NCBI GenBank assembly: GCA_008080735.1
Contig: SHMW01000009.1
Span: forward strand, 6,883 to 70,882
Direction of reading: 5' to 3'
DNA: 64,000 nt
Origin: Promethearchaeota archaeon
Lineage (GTDB): Archaea > Asgardarchaeota > Lokiarchaeia > Sigyniarchaeales > SOKP01
Part shown: in pieces, positions 49,801 through 59,441 of the stretch
Position numbering within the stretch: the stretch's first letter is position 1
Layout: each line of letters starts with the position of its first letter
Made by a program: the position numbers and the translations under genes
Notes under the pieces: model-generated
Databases searched by the model: none
Told to the model about the DNA's origin: nothing
The model's input: only the letters and a program-made list of their open reading frames with translations

Positions 49801-50592
49801 ATAATCGCCCTTTGTAAATAATTTATTCCCTTCACGTATCATTGTCTCAGCATATAAGCGTTTATATTCTTTAGCTTTTCGCTTGTTTACATCTTCTATG
49901 ATTTGAGCAGCTTCTAAAAAAAGATTCATTTGAGAATATAAATATGCCGCTTGTTCGCTGATAATATAATAATCTTCTCGTTCAAATATATTACTAATAA
50001 AAGCTGCTTTTTTAATTGACTTTGCGGCCTCATAAAAATTACGGTTTTCGTAATAATAATTCGCCTGCATTATTAGGATGGGAAATCGAAGCCATGCGTT
50101 TTCAAGATCTAAAGGATTATCACCCGAAATCATTGCAGAACACAGACAATGAAGTGCTTGACGGAAGTCTTTCGGGTGGAGATTGACAAATGTTTCATAA
50201 TCAGGATATCTTATCCATGATTCTTCCAACAATTCTGTGATTGAGATGGAAAGGATACCATCTTCATTATAATACATTAAAATGGTTGGAATATCTCTTT
50301 TAATTTTTTTGAAAATGTCAAGAATAATTTGAAATAATTCTCTTTCTTGGTTATCTAAAGGATTCATAAAGTATAATATACCATCCACACTAGGTATAAT
50401 CTCATCAAAGTTAGCAGTTTCGCTGGTAACCACATCTATTTCTAAATCACATATATTTTCTAAAACATGAAGTTCTCGGTTCCATTTCACGAAAGTTTCT
50501 TTATCTTTTCCCATCTCATTTAGGGCTGTTGAAACATAAGGTAAAGATAGATCAGAATTACCCAACACTAAGATTCTAAAAATATATCTCAT
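46885..50592 (-). CDS. Large protein: degenerate small-GTPase-like N-terminus plus TPR/SNAP-like alpha-solenoid with three C-terminal repeats
   Basis: YIFRILVLGN, LEIDV, VDGILYF, IPTILM; AARQYESAAQ-type repeats; three modules ending (N)L(P/I)LFExE. Confidence 0.6.
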   Translation of the reverse strand: MRYIFRILVLGNSDLSLPYVSTALNEMGKDKETFVKWNRELHVLENICDLEIDVVTSETANFDEIIPSVDGILYFMNPLDNQERELFQIILDIFKKIKRDIPTILMYYNEDGILSISITELLEESWIRYPDYETFVNLHPKDFRQALHCLCSAMISGDNPLDLENAWLRFPILIMQANYYYENRNFYEAAKSIKKAAFISNIFEREDYYIISEQAAYLYSQMNLFLEAAQIIEDVNKRKAKEYKRLYAETMIREGNKLFTKGDYEFAARQYESAAQWSLIELKNKDLIIKSFKLAINSWISACRVENAFTILERLPHQEIKQTLEDLTEKVLSAADYLVSIGNLRAAREQLYISIHTYQREGLFESMEKFTDKLVEILIKILEKNINNKETYEAKKTYDEIENMWEAFDVEKINLDEHLEEIIKQFLHKQDFGMATYLLNEIDSLALKKELTEYTSEVEDENKKLRREALQRDLKEGIEIINSFMKSENELIESLNKEKLKNANTLVEKNHYIRAAAYLESHARELINIGEQKIADDLLCESLNILLEGNQIEKFFDTYLMIKTKTIKKEYLKQAFPFLIESIKQLSEISSYEKIEDLLEKANSIYRDQMLYEQSQELSKLFITIINKEALNSIKREESRSSINYAIELIKRAQNISNAYLENYEPDFDEIYKVISEQFIELGDLSSALSYLDKIEDKFYKKEVYNKLSSSEEEMIASRAKEVEAALKKKSLQERLSIIKKKSQDARLDKEFELRQRKGLKRAYFNEGLKLLENEEYEKAAEIYKNTVEKMNDLRKYYLAAVSLAILSLIRIKQDKIKAFAKYIKSLTSSNQLFLDTFPVLLVEYIIDLHKAKDQNKLEEALSFIENLPLFEEEKKLLYDILGVEYVGEPTSKPEESTELDKDTVKKNIINISENIQRDKQDIAKRKLMKKRYYEGILENINKDEYIKAASTYNDLIQELIDKDFEKHAAVCLILSTLIFIFNEHEEIAYTNLEKLLGEHTRLSTLPEIRLLKEFLKAWQAKIDDLIQLSLNFFKDNLILFEMEKNLIKSYLEQDLEFKSPKKLLSKEEKEEKSKKLRELNQKIDIINQKLKDNRSEFKEMFKKRSAMRKRYYDIILEHLSKGALEEASTEYLDLAKKFAGRKDYKMGSLMLLLYVICSKKTNIALSDVKKNVESFLNSLGISRGIVSELFTLMMIQFIIDLIEYDINKFLSTINQMLRNLPLFEEEESLLPIEL

Positions 50593-50721
50593 ATCAATTA
50601 TTTAAAAATGTTTTTCCTTTATGATTTCTTTACTACTATAAGATATAGTATGAAATATTAAAGAATATTTTTATTTCAAGAACAACTTTTAAATACATAA
50701 TATTGTGAGGAATAGACAGTA

Positions 50722-51375
50722 ATGGACTACGTGGAAAGAAATTATGAGATTTTAGAGCAAAAAATGATTGAGAGTATGGAAAATGCTCTGGAATTTGGAC
50801 GGGAACTAATAGATTCCGAACTCGATGCGGGGTTTTTTAACGCTCTTGTTAAACCTGTATTAAAAACCTTTTATGATTATTGGTGTGATAAGGACGCGCG
50901 GACGGGAACCAAAAAACAGATAAAAGTTACATTGGACATTGCCAAAAAAATGGTTGAGAATGGCTCAGATGAAAAATTTGAAAACTTAATTGAGGATAAT
51001 TTTCAAGAATATCTTAGTGGGGATCAAACCTATATTTATTGTAGTAAGAATCATAAGAATTTTGAAAGGTTAAAAAAAATTACTAAAAAGTGTTTTGTCT
51101 CGCAAGTAAAAGATGCAGTACGATTTCTAAAAGTTCAAGATAATGTAAGTTCTTATAATGAATTAACTCGTACTGTGTTTGAAACGAAAGATGAGGCATA
51201 CGATTCCCTGTCCCGACAATTGGATTTTAATGATGAGGGAATACGAATTGTTGAAGAAGATCCTTCCATCTTGACTGTTCCTACAGGAAAAAAAATAATC
51301 CTAAAAATTCTACGAAAAGGATTTGAAGAAACTAAGAGAGAATTGATTAATCGTTTGGACGAGATCTATTGCTAA
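50722..51375 (+). CDS. Hypothetical all-alpha protein
   Basis: 217-aa ORF with SD-like GAGG, no motif recognised. Confidence 0.65.
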   Translation: MDYVERNYEILEQKMIESMENALEFGRELIDSELDAGFFNALVKPVLKTFYDYWCDKDARTGTKKQIKVTLDIAKKMVENGSDEKFENLIEDNFQEYLSGDQTYIYCSKNHKNFERLKKITKKCFVSQVKDAVRFLKVQDNVSSYNELTRTVFETKDEAYDSLSRQLDFNDEGIRIVEEDPSILTVPTGKKIILKILRKGFEETKRELINRLDEIYC

Positions 51376-51415
51376 ATTCATTGAATTGAATTACTATATA
51401 TAGTCTTACTGAATT

Positions 51416-52513
51416 ATGAGTGTTGATCATAATCGAGAAGATAATATTGAAGGGGGAAAACCTTCCAGTACTCCAGAAAATAGCTTAACTAAGAAAATTT
51501 TTCTGAATCTTCTCATAGGAATGTTCTTTCTCATGGTTTACTTCTATTTTTCTCAAAGTTTTGGATCCATCTCCACATCGTTCATTAAAAATCCCGAATT
51601 ATCAATTCAATTCGGAGCTACTTTATTAATATTCACATTTCTTTCAGTGTTAGCAGGGCCTATACGTGCGACGATTTTGGGATTTTTGGGGGAATTAATC
51701 TATCAGCTTTCCTTTTATGAAAGTCTTAAAATAGAATGGAGTATAATTGTGGCATTAATAGGATTAACTGTTAGTATCTATAAATACAAGCCCTTGAAAT
51801 ATAAAGATGGGATAAAAGTATATTATACGTTTCTGACATTGATGATTTCGTCGGTGTTGATAAGTGTTTTAATTGGAGCGGTACAATTTATCATATCTCC
51901 ATCAATGAGCTTGGAAACAATTATTGGAGATTATGGATTCAATTATTTTATGCAAGCACTTCTTTCCATCGTGTTTATTGTACCCTTTCTTCTATTATTG
52001 TATGATCGATTTTTAGCAAAAAAAGAACGTCATATATATCATTTATTTCTCACTCATCATCCAATATATCAAAGCGACCATACCTTTTTTCTAAAATTCG
52101 GCAGAACCTATATATATTTTTGTTCACGTTGTTCTGGGGCAATACTCGGAGGAATTTTTACAGCATTCTTAATAGATATTCTCCGCAAAGCAATTGGATT
52201 TAGTATCAGTCCCGAATTAGCAGTGTGGTTATGTATTTTTTTACCCATCCCGGGAATAATAGATTGGGGCACACAGCGATTATTATACCGTAAGAGTACC
52301 ACGGAATCCAGATTATTTACGGGTTTTATAATTGGAGTCGCTCTCTATTTTCTAGCCTTCACTGATCAATATTATTTCTTCATGCTTTTTCTTGTGATTT
52401 TTTATTTTTCATTAGTGGGTATTCTTATGTGGTTGGGTCAAAAAAGAGCACTGAAACAAGAACAAGAGGCAGAGAATAATATTCCTTCTTTCGAAGAGGA
52501 TCAATATGAGTAA
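51416..52513 (+). CDS. ECF S-component-like domain fused to DUF2085 membrane domain
   Basis: LAGPIRATILGFLGELI (S component); YFCSRCSG, IDWGTQ, SRLFTG (DUF2085). Confidence 0.65.
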   Translation: MSVDHNREDNIEGGKPSSTPENSLTKKIFLNLLIGMFFLMVYFYFSQSFGSISTSFIKNPELSIQFGATLLIFTFLSVLAGPIRATILGFLGELIYQLSFYESLKIEWSIIVALIGLTVSIYKYKPLKYKDGIKVYYTFLTLMISSVLISVLIGAVQFIISPSMSLETIIGDYGFNYFMQALLSIVFIVPFLLLLYDRFLAKKERHIYHLFLTHHPIYQSDHTFFLKFGRTYIYFCSRCSGAILGGIFTAFLIDILRKAIGFSISPELAVWLCIFLPIPGIIDWGTQRLLYRKSTTESRLFTGFIIGVALYFLAFTDQYYFFMLFLVIFYFSLVGILMWLGQKRALKQEQEAENNIPSFEEDQYE

Positions 52514-53018
52514 TGTAATATTTGTTCATGGATTAGAAAGTTCCGGACACGGATTTAAAGGGAATTTATTTCGAGAAAGGATTCCCGGATGTTTCACGCC
52601 TGATTTAAAAGAATACTCTCCCCAAATTCCTTATCAGGAATTATTAAAAGAGAGGATGAGACAATTATCAGAGATTCTTGAAAGGAAAAATAAGTGGAAA
52701 ATTATTGGATCTTCTTTTGGGGGGTTAATGAGTTCTTTATACACATTAAAGCATTCTAAAAAAGTCCAGAAACTTATTTTATTAGCACCGCTTTTAGCTG
52801 TTCCAGAATTGAATCCATCAAAATTCGAAAAGGTTGATATTCCAGTTATTGTTTACCACGGTAAGAATGATGAGGTAATTTCTATAAAGCCTACCAAGAA
52901 ACGGGCAAACATGTTATTTAAAAATCTTTCCTACAATCTCGTGGATGATGATCACATGCTTCATCCCACTGTAGAGAACTTGAATTGGAAGGAATTACTG
53001 AATATAGAGAACGATTGA
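52506..53018 (+). CDS. Small alpha/beta hydrolase (YqiA-like esterase)
   Basis: HGLES, GSSFGG, HGKNDEV, DDHML. Confidence 0.88.
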   Translation: MSNVIFVHGLESSGHGFKGNLFRERIPGCFTPDLKEYSPQIPYQELLKERMRQLSEILERKNKWKIIGSSFGGLMSSLYTLKHSKKVQKLILLAPLLAVPELNPSKFEKVDIPVIVYHGKNDEVISIKPTKKRANMLFKNLSYNLVDDDHMLHPTVENLNWKELLNIEND

Positions 53019-53064
53019 ACCATTTATTAGAAATTTCCTCAAAGAGGTATTTTGTTGGGCAAAT

Positions 53065-53949
53065 TCATAATCCTTTTAGCAGTTCGGAAAAATTTGGCTC
53101 TTTAAATATGGAATTATATTGCTTTAGCAGGTCAATATTAGCGATGTGAATTTTCTTTCCTTCATTATTTTTAGATGATTTAATTAAATCCATCTTTTTC
53201 ATTTTGTTAAGATGATAATTAATGGTTCCGGGGTATACATCTAATTTCTCTGCAATAGTAGAAATGGCAATTGACTCATCTCTAAATAACTCTTCAATAA
53301 TTTGCGGAATGAGAGGATTTAAGAATAGGGCTTTAAATTTATCATAATCTTCTGGCACATCTTTTAGAAAGTAATGAAGAGTTTTTCCAATTTTTTTAGA
53401 CCTAATTAGTTCGAAGTTTTCAAGGGTCATGATATGTTTCAAGAATGGCGTTCTAGTAATTCCTAGTTCCTCTTCGATTTTTTCATCCCTAGCATGGATA
53501 CCAGGGTTCTCCCCAATAAAATCTAATATCGCTGAGAGTTTATCATTCGATAAAATCTCTAGTTTCGTTCTCCGCTCGTTCGTGACAATCCAATTTTTTT
53601 CTTCTAAACTTCTAATTGCCAAGAAAAGATCTTCTTTGCTGTATCCCTTATTATAGGCAAGTTTTGCGATGCAGGTTGCGTATAATTTTTCGATGATTGG
53701 ATATTTTTGAATTTTAGCTTGGGATTCAACTTCAAATTCCGTATCATATCGCTTTAACTTGAGAATGTCCTCAGCTACTTCCAGAACCTCTTTTTCTATC
53801 TCAGAGAGTTCCCCTATAAGTATTTTCTCTTCTTTAGAGACCAAAGGAGTGAAATCTGTTTCTCGGAAAGAACTTTCCTCCAGTACAGTTCCATTCTTTT
53901 GTTCTTTAGTATCTCTCCTTCTCTCAAGCGACATTTTTTTTAGGATCAC
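53065..53949 (-). CDS. Multi winged-helix regulator (HVO_0163-like)
   Basis: ILDFIGENPGIH..HIMTLENFELI..; IAEKLDVYPGTINYHLNKM. Confidence 0.75.
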   Translation of the reverse strand: MILKKMSLERRRDTKEQKNGTVLEESSFRETDFTPLVSKEEKILIGELSEIEKEVLEVAEDILKLKRYDTEFEVESQAKIQKYPIIEKLYATCIAKLAYNKGYSKEDLFLAIRSLEEKNWIVTNERRTKLEILSNDKLSAILDFIGENPGIHARDEKIEEELGITRTPFLKHIMTLENFELIRSKKIGKTLHYFLKDVPEDYDKFKALFLNPLIPQIIEELFRDESIAISTIAEKLDVYPGTINYHLNKMKKMDLIKSSKNNEGKKIHIANIDLLKQYNSIFKEPNFSELLKGL

Positions 53950-55556
53950 GCATATTTTTCTAAAAATTGGATAAATTCAATCTGTTCTTCAGAGTCCATA
54001 TATTTAAGCTGTTTAGCGATTTTTTCATAGTTTTCTGGTTTTACATTAGGAAGTTTTCTAATTTTGTCAATTAATTTTTGTGGAATCCTTTCTTGATAAA
54101 GAGTGATAATGGCTTCTATATATTTTATTTGTTGCTCTTTTGTTAAAAAGGCCAGTTCTCTGAGTAATTCTTGCTTTTCCTTTTTGGGAATCTTTAAATC
54201 AATAATTCTCTCTCGAATATCTTTTGAAAGTACTGCAAATATTTTTGCAAAATATTCTTTCACAAGTTTTTTATCTTTCTCATTTTTTACGGGCAGAAGT
54301 GATTCATGTAATTTGGTCTCAATTTCCTCTTCCTTATATTTTGAAATCTCTTGTTCTCTACTTTTTTTCTCTTCCAACTCTTCCTTTTTTATTTTTGTGA
54401 TTTCCTTTTTAACTTGTTCCTTTTTTTCTTCGGTTATTTCGATTTTTTCGGGTTCTTTAACCGAATCTATTTCTTGGAGGTCTGGTTTTGGTAATTTCTC
54501 TTCCCTTTCTTGGGGGACGGGTTTTGCTGGTTCCTTTTCTTGAGATTTTTCTCTTTTCAATTGGATCTCTTCTTTTTTATATCCTTCAGGCTTAGCAAGA
54601 TATAAAATGAATAAGAGAATTCCTTTTAGCAAGATAAATATCCCAGCGGAAAAAAACATCACGCTAAGAACTCCTAAAATAAAGGTTCTCACGCCGTCTT
54701 TGACTTTAAAGGATTGTTTATATTTTATTTTATTTTTTAAATGATAATCTATAATTAAGGGAATAATAGCTAAAAGTAGAAACACACCATATACGATGAG
54801 ATAAGGAAAAATCTTCATAATATTGGAGGGGGAGATATACAGTAAATATAAGCCGAATGGCTCACCTTGGATCTCAATACCACCACCAAATAAAGCAGTG
54901 AATACAAAAATTATTATGATAAAACCGGCTTTAGAAGAGAAATGGTTCAGTGAATTTTTCGCCAGCAGACCTATATCGTATGCATTTTCCCCTGTGTTTT
55001 TTCTATTCAAGATTACAAATAATATTAATAATATTCCTTTGAGTAATAGGAATGCTCCAGAGCCGTAAATTATGCATCCTAATATACCAAAACAAAATCC
55101 ATCAAGAAGAATATCTCCATACTTACCTTCTTGGATATGTTTTGAAATATATCGTTTATCTATGGCAGTAATAATAATACCTATGATTCCGAGGAGTGAT
55201 TGACGAATGACTATTAGCATCCAATCATCGAGATTCCAGATTATTTCCAATATCATCGCGAAAGCTACAAGTGCTCCGATTAAGCTGATAATATAAGTAA
55301 ATTTATTGAGATTCTGAATTGCCTTATTTAAGGAGGAGTAGGTTTTGGGTTTATGAAGAGATTTCGTAAAACTTCTTGGATAAGATCTTCTTTCAGGAGC
55401 CTCAAATTGTCTCTGAGTAAATCTTTTCCCCTCTAAACTAAACGGTTTACCACAATGTTCACAATAAACTTGAGTTCCCTCTTCAATTAACTGCGATAGT
55501 TCATCTGGAAAAAGATACCCGCACTCTGAGCACACAAACACTTTTTTCTTAGACAT
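53946..55556 (-). CDS. Zn-ribbon, multi-TM, charged linker and helical C-terminal domain protein
   Basis: CSECG..CEHCG; duplicated TM unit (FGILGCIIYGSGAFLLLKG / LGVLSVMFFSAGIFILLKG); EK-rich linker. Confidence 0.7.
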   Translation of the reverse strand: MSKKKVFVCSECGYLFPDELSQLIEEGTQVYCEHCGKPFSLEGKRFTQRQFEAPERRSYPRSFTKSLHKPKTYSSLNKAIQNLNKFTYIISLIGALVAFAMILEIIWNLDDWMLIVIRQSLLGIIGIIITAIDKRYISKHIQEGKYGDILLDGFCFGILGCIIYGSGAFLLLKGILLILFVILNRKNTGENAYDIGLLAKNSLNHFSSKAGFIIIIFVFTALFGGGIEIQGEPFGLYLLYISPSNIMKIFPYLIVYGVFLLLAIIPLIIDYHLKNKIKYKQSFKVKDGVRTFILGVLSVMFFSAGIFILLKGILLFILYLAKPEGYKKEEIQLKREKSQEKEPAKPVPQEREEKLPKPDLQEIDSVKEPEKIEITEEKKEQVKKEITKIKKEELEEKKSREQEISKYKEEEIETKLHESLLPVKNEKDKKLVKEYFAKIFAVLSKDIRERIIDLKIPKKEKQELLRELAFLTKEQQIKYIEAIITLYQERIPQKLIDKIRKLPNVKPENYEKIAKQLKYMDSEEQIEFIQFLEKYA

Positions 55557-55820
55557 ATATCACACTGACTTATATGTGTTATTTGTTTTTTATAGTTTAT
55601 TTTTTTTGTTATTTTCGCAAATTTGCTACTCTTAGATTTATTATTCTATATAATTCTTATTCAACTCTTTTTTCTAATTTGATATACAAATCAGTTCAGC
55701 AATTTAAAAATAACATTCTCTATGAAAAATGTTGTTTTAATAATAAAAAATAAAATGGAGTCCAATTTTTTCATATCGGATCTATTAAAATTAGCTAAAG
55801 GTCAAATCTCGATTTCTTTT

Positions 55821-56693
55821 TCACATTAAATTCTTGATTTGTGGAAGTGATTTTACCAGTGTTTGAATTGCCCTGTCTATTCCATTTTCCATATCTGGGT
55901 GGATTTCATTCGTTTCTAAGAGGTCATATTCGGTTCCCGGAAGATCGGAAACGGCTAAAATCGCGCTTGTTTCGAGATTATATTGTTTTCCCAATAAAAA
56001 CATGACACTTGACTCCATATCAATCGCCTCAACGTTTATGGCTCTCATTGCGTTGAGAAAATCGGTAGTCTCACAGAAAAGGGCATCGGTCGTCCATAGA
56101 TCAACTTTTTTAAGATTTTTTGGATATAATTTTCTACCCTCCTTGAATAAAGTATTTGTTAAATCTTCATGAGGGGTGGTAATAAATATCTCAGGACAAC
56201 CTGCGATTAAACTTTGAAATCTGCTTATGGGATTTGAAACAGAGCCAAAACGCGTTGAAAGTCCGGGAAATTTCAAGATATATTGAGGAGAAGTTCCATC
56301 ACCGCAATAGGTAGCATTTGGAATGATAACATCTCCGATATTAATATTTGAACTTAACCCTGAAACGCCACCACAAAAATCTACACGAATTATCTTCTTT
56401 GCTTTAGTTCTTCTGAGACTCTCAATCATGATGGCCATATTTGGAGCTCCTACATGACATTGAATAATACTCACTCTTATCCCATTAATAATCCCATTAT
56501 AGACTTTTCCTTGTTTATTTTTACCATCTAATTTATTTACCAACTTTTTCATTACAGCTTTTACTGTTGGAAGAATGACGATATCATTTACATGATCTGG
56601 TTTTGTTTCTAGAAACATTCGGACAATTTTTTCATCAACATCGATAAATTTCAATCCTAAATTCAAAAGCTCAGATTTAATTCTGTTTATCAT
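55821..56693 (-). CDS. Nucleoside phosphorylase family (PNP/UDP-like)
   Basis: VGAPN, IIRVDFCGG, GDGTS, TTDALF, IDMESS, VSD. Confidence 0.8.
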   Translation of the reverse strand: MINRIKSELLNLGLKFIDVDEKIVRMFLETKPDHVNDIVILPTVKAVMKKLVNKLDGKNKQGKVYNGIINGIRVSIIQCHVGAPNMAIMIESLRRTKAKKIIRVDFCGGVSGLSSNINIGDVIIPNATYCGDGTSPQYILKFPGLSTRFGSVSNPISRFQSLIAGCPEIFITTPHEDLTNTLFKEGRKLYPKNLKKVDLWTTDALFCETTDFLNAMRAINVEAIDMESSVMFLLGKQYNLETSAILAVSDLPGTEYDLLETNEIHPDMENGIDRAIQTLVKSLPQIKNLM

Positions 56694-56826
56694 ATTAAAC
56701 CAATTTGTTATTTTTTATAAGTTAGATTCTATTTATATCTACACTTATAATTCTAAATTGAAATCCTTATTATTTTTAGTTTTTTATTGTTAATAAGGAT
56801 AAATGAGATTTATGTGATTTGGTTAT

Positions 56827-58113
56827 ATGAAAAATCGGTATATCAAGGATAATACTATTACAAATGAGTTTGTTGAAACCTATACAAAATCGACTTACAG
56901 AATAATTGGCGACCATAAGCATACTGCGATTAAGCCATGCCATTGGTTAGAACAAAAATTAATGACTGGCAGATCAAATCGTAATTGTTATAAAGAAGTT
57001 TTTGGCGTTGAGAGTCATAGATGTCTTCAAAATACTCCATCACTGCCCTTTTGCAATCATCAGTGCGTCTTTTGTTGGAGAGATATCGAGCAAGGATCAA
57101 TAGGAAGTGAATTTTTAGTTGAGCCCGATAATCCCGAAGATTTGGTAGAGGAAATGTTTCGTCATCAACAAGATATAATTAAAAATCATTTACCCCTCAA
57201 AAGATATCTCGATAACTATGAGATTATGATTGATCTTGTTTATTATATGCTTCTCCATGATGGATTACATAGTATTGATTCCCTTGCCACCCATATCCAT
57301 GTAAGTAAGAATAAAATCACACGAGCATTGAATCTCCTTAAAAATCAAGGCTTCATCACCCCAATTGGTACAGATATGAAGCATTATGAGTTGAATTATG
57401 AAATAAAAAATTCATTAGAAACGAAAGACGAAGCAGAGCTTTTAATAAAAAGAGAATTAACCAGTCCAGATGACATCATGCGAGCACATTCAGAAGCTTT
57501 ATATCCCAATCATGCGGCAATATCATTAGATGGAGAACCACTTTTATACCCTCGAATTTCAGAGTTAATTCATGAATTTAAAAAACGGAACATGACTACT
57601 TTTGTCGTGACCAATGGAACTCTTCCGCAAAGAATCGAAAAATTATCTCCCCTTCCTTCTCAATTATACATCACCCTACCCGCACCCAATGAAAAAGTCT
57701 ACAAAAAAACCTGTAGACCTATGATTAAAAATGGGTGGGAAAATATTATGGAGAGCATAAATTTAGTTGATTCACTTTCCACTAGAACTTTAATACGGTT
57801 AACTGCGGTTCAAAACCTTAATATTGATGGTTATTTGGATGAATATATCAGTCTAATTGAAAAAGCCAATCCAAATTTCTTTGAAATAAAAGGATTTACC
57901 TTACAAGCAAAAGCATTAGACATCAATAAAAGACTAAAGAGCGACCAACCAGTTCAAGACTTTTTTCCGGATTATCAAAATCTCAAACAATTAGCAATAG
58001 AATTCGAGAAAAAGAGCGGTTTTCCTATAATATATACAAATGAGACCAGTCGAGACATTTTATTCGCTGTGGATTGGAACAAAAATAAAGACCCTATAAT
58101 CAAGAAGCCTTAA
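56827..58113 (+). CDS. taw1: 4-demethylwyosine synthase Taw1/TYW1 with internal insertion
   Basis: HTAIKPCHW, CYK, SHRCLQNTP, CNHQCVFCWR, HAAISLDGEP, VTNG. Confidence 0.92.
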   Translation: MKNRYIKDNTITNEFVETYTKSTYRIIGDHKHTAIKPCHWLEQKLMTGRSNRNCYKEVFGVESHRCLQNTPSLPFCNHQCVFCWRDIEQGSIGSEFLVEPDNPEDLVEEMFRHQQDIIKNHLPLKRYLDNYEIMIDLVYYMLLHDGLHSIDSLATHIHVSKNKITRALNLLKNQGFITPIGTDMKHYELNYEIKNSLETKDEAELLIKRELTSPDDIMRAHSEALYPNHAAISLDGEPLLYPRISELIHEFKKRNMTTFVVTNGTLPQRIEKLSPLPSQLYITLPAPNEKVYKKTCRPMIKNGWENIMESINLVDSLSTRTLIRLTAVQNLNIDGYLDEYISLIEKANPNFFEIKGFTLQAKALDINKRLKSDQPVQDFFPDYQNLKQLAIEFEKKSGFPIIYTNETSRDILFAVDWNKNKDPIIKKP

Positions 58114-58120
58114 TTCGATA

Positions 58121-59344
58121 TCATGGATTCAGAAATATTTTCATAAAACGTTCTCCATTCTCAATTAATTTATACTCCCCATATTTTCCGCTTAATTCTG
58201 AAAATGGTCTTTTAGTATTATGTTTATAATCCGGATTAAAAATAGCAAATGGAACGGGTTCGGCTGAATGGGTTCGTATCTCACATGGAGTAGGATGATC
58301 TGGTAAAACACCAATAATCAATTCATTGCTAAAATCTTTTTCTGCTCGAAGTAGTGGACCCATAACTTTCTCATCAAAATCTTTTAAGGCATCTATTTTC
58401 TTTTTCGGATCACCAGTATGCCCCATCTCATCAATAGCTTCAATATGCAAATAGACGAAGTCTCTTTGCTTCAGTTCATTTATAGCGGCCTCTACTTTTC
58501 CCGCATAATTCGTATCTGGGAGTCCTGTTGCTCCTTCCACATGTATGGGTTTTAGTCCCGCTGCGATTCCTAACCCAAAAATCAAATCGACCGCAGAAAT
58601 TACCGAACCATTAAGGCCATATTTCTTATAAAAAGGCTGGATTTTTGGTTTTTTGCCTCCACTCCATGGCCAAATATTCGTTGCGATGTTCTTTCCGATT
58701 TCTTTTCTATTTTGATTTATAGTATGAGGGACTAATAATGTATTACTTTTTTCTATCAATTCGATTATTTTTTCTGCAGTTTTTTGGGCTCTCTTATCCT
58801 CATAATTGGAAGGTTTTGGAAGATATTCTTTATAGGATTCATCCAGAACATCATGAGGGGGAGTAGTGATGATATTTTCTGAAAATACAGTCCCATTTAG
58901 TTTTAATATGTGTCTGTATTGTACACCAGGATAAAAATCAATACCATCTTCTGCTAAATGTTTTTGAAGAAATTGTATTAACTCTTGACTTTCAGGGGTG
59001 GAGATATGCCCCGAAGAATAATCTTTAATTAAATCATTCTTAATAGTTATTAAATTGCATCTAAAAGCTATATCAGTATCATTCAAGGGAACATTAGCAC
59101 TCAATGCTTCCAATGGGCCCCTTCCTGTGAGATCCTTTTCTGGATTATATCCCATTATTGTCATATTGGCACATTCACTCCCAGGCTTCATACCTTTTGG
59201 GATTGTCCTAAGTAATCCCATTTTCCCATGGGAGGCGATCCAATCCAAATTAGGAGTTTGAGTTGCTTCAAAGATTGTTTTATTACCCAGAGTTTCGATA
59301 GGCCAATCTGCTGCTCCGTCACATATTATAATTAAAAATTTCAT
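58121..59344 (-). CDS. apgM: Cofactor-independent phosphoglycerate mutase (ApgM family)
   Basis: DGAAD, PGSECAN, GRGPLEA, AFRCN, DEMGH, PDHPTP, THS. Confidence 0.9.
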   Translation of the reverse strand: MKFLIIICDGAADWPIETLGNKTIFEATQTPNLDWIASHGKMGLLRTIPKGMKPGSECANMTIMGYNPEKDLTGRGPLEALSANVPLNDTDIAFRCNLITIKNDLIKDYSSGHISTPESQELIQFLQKHLAEDGIDFYPGVQYRHILKLNGTVFSENIITTPPHDVLDESYKEYLPKPSNYEDKRAQKTAEKIIELIEKSNTLLVPHTINQNRKEIGKNIATNIWPWSGGKKPKIQPFYKKYGLNGSVISAVDLIFGLGIAAGLKPIHVEGATGLPDTNYAGKVEAAINELKQRDFVYLHIEAIDEMGHTGDPKKKIDALKDFDEKVMGPLLRAEKDFSNELIIGVLPDHPTPCEIRTHSAEPVPFAIFNPDYKHNTKRPFSELSGKYGEYKLIENGERFMKIFLNP

Positions 59345-59441
59345 TGATTAGTTCCAATTAATGATTATTTAGAATTTTAACTATATTTCCAGAATATTGC
59401 CTTTTTTATGAAATCTCTTTCGAAAATAGATTTTTTAATAT

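Noticed and set aside
57190-57485. Intein in Taw1
   Set aside because: No N-terminal C/S block, no HN-C/S/T end and no LAGLIDADG motif
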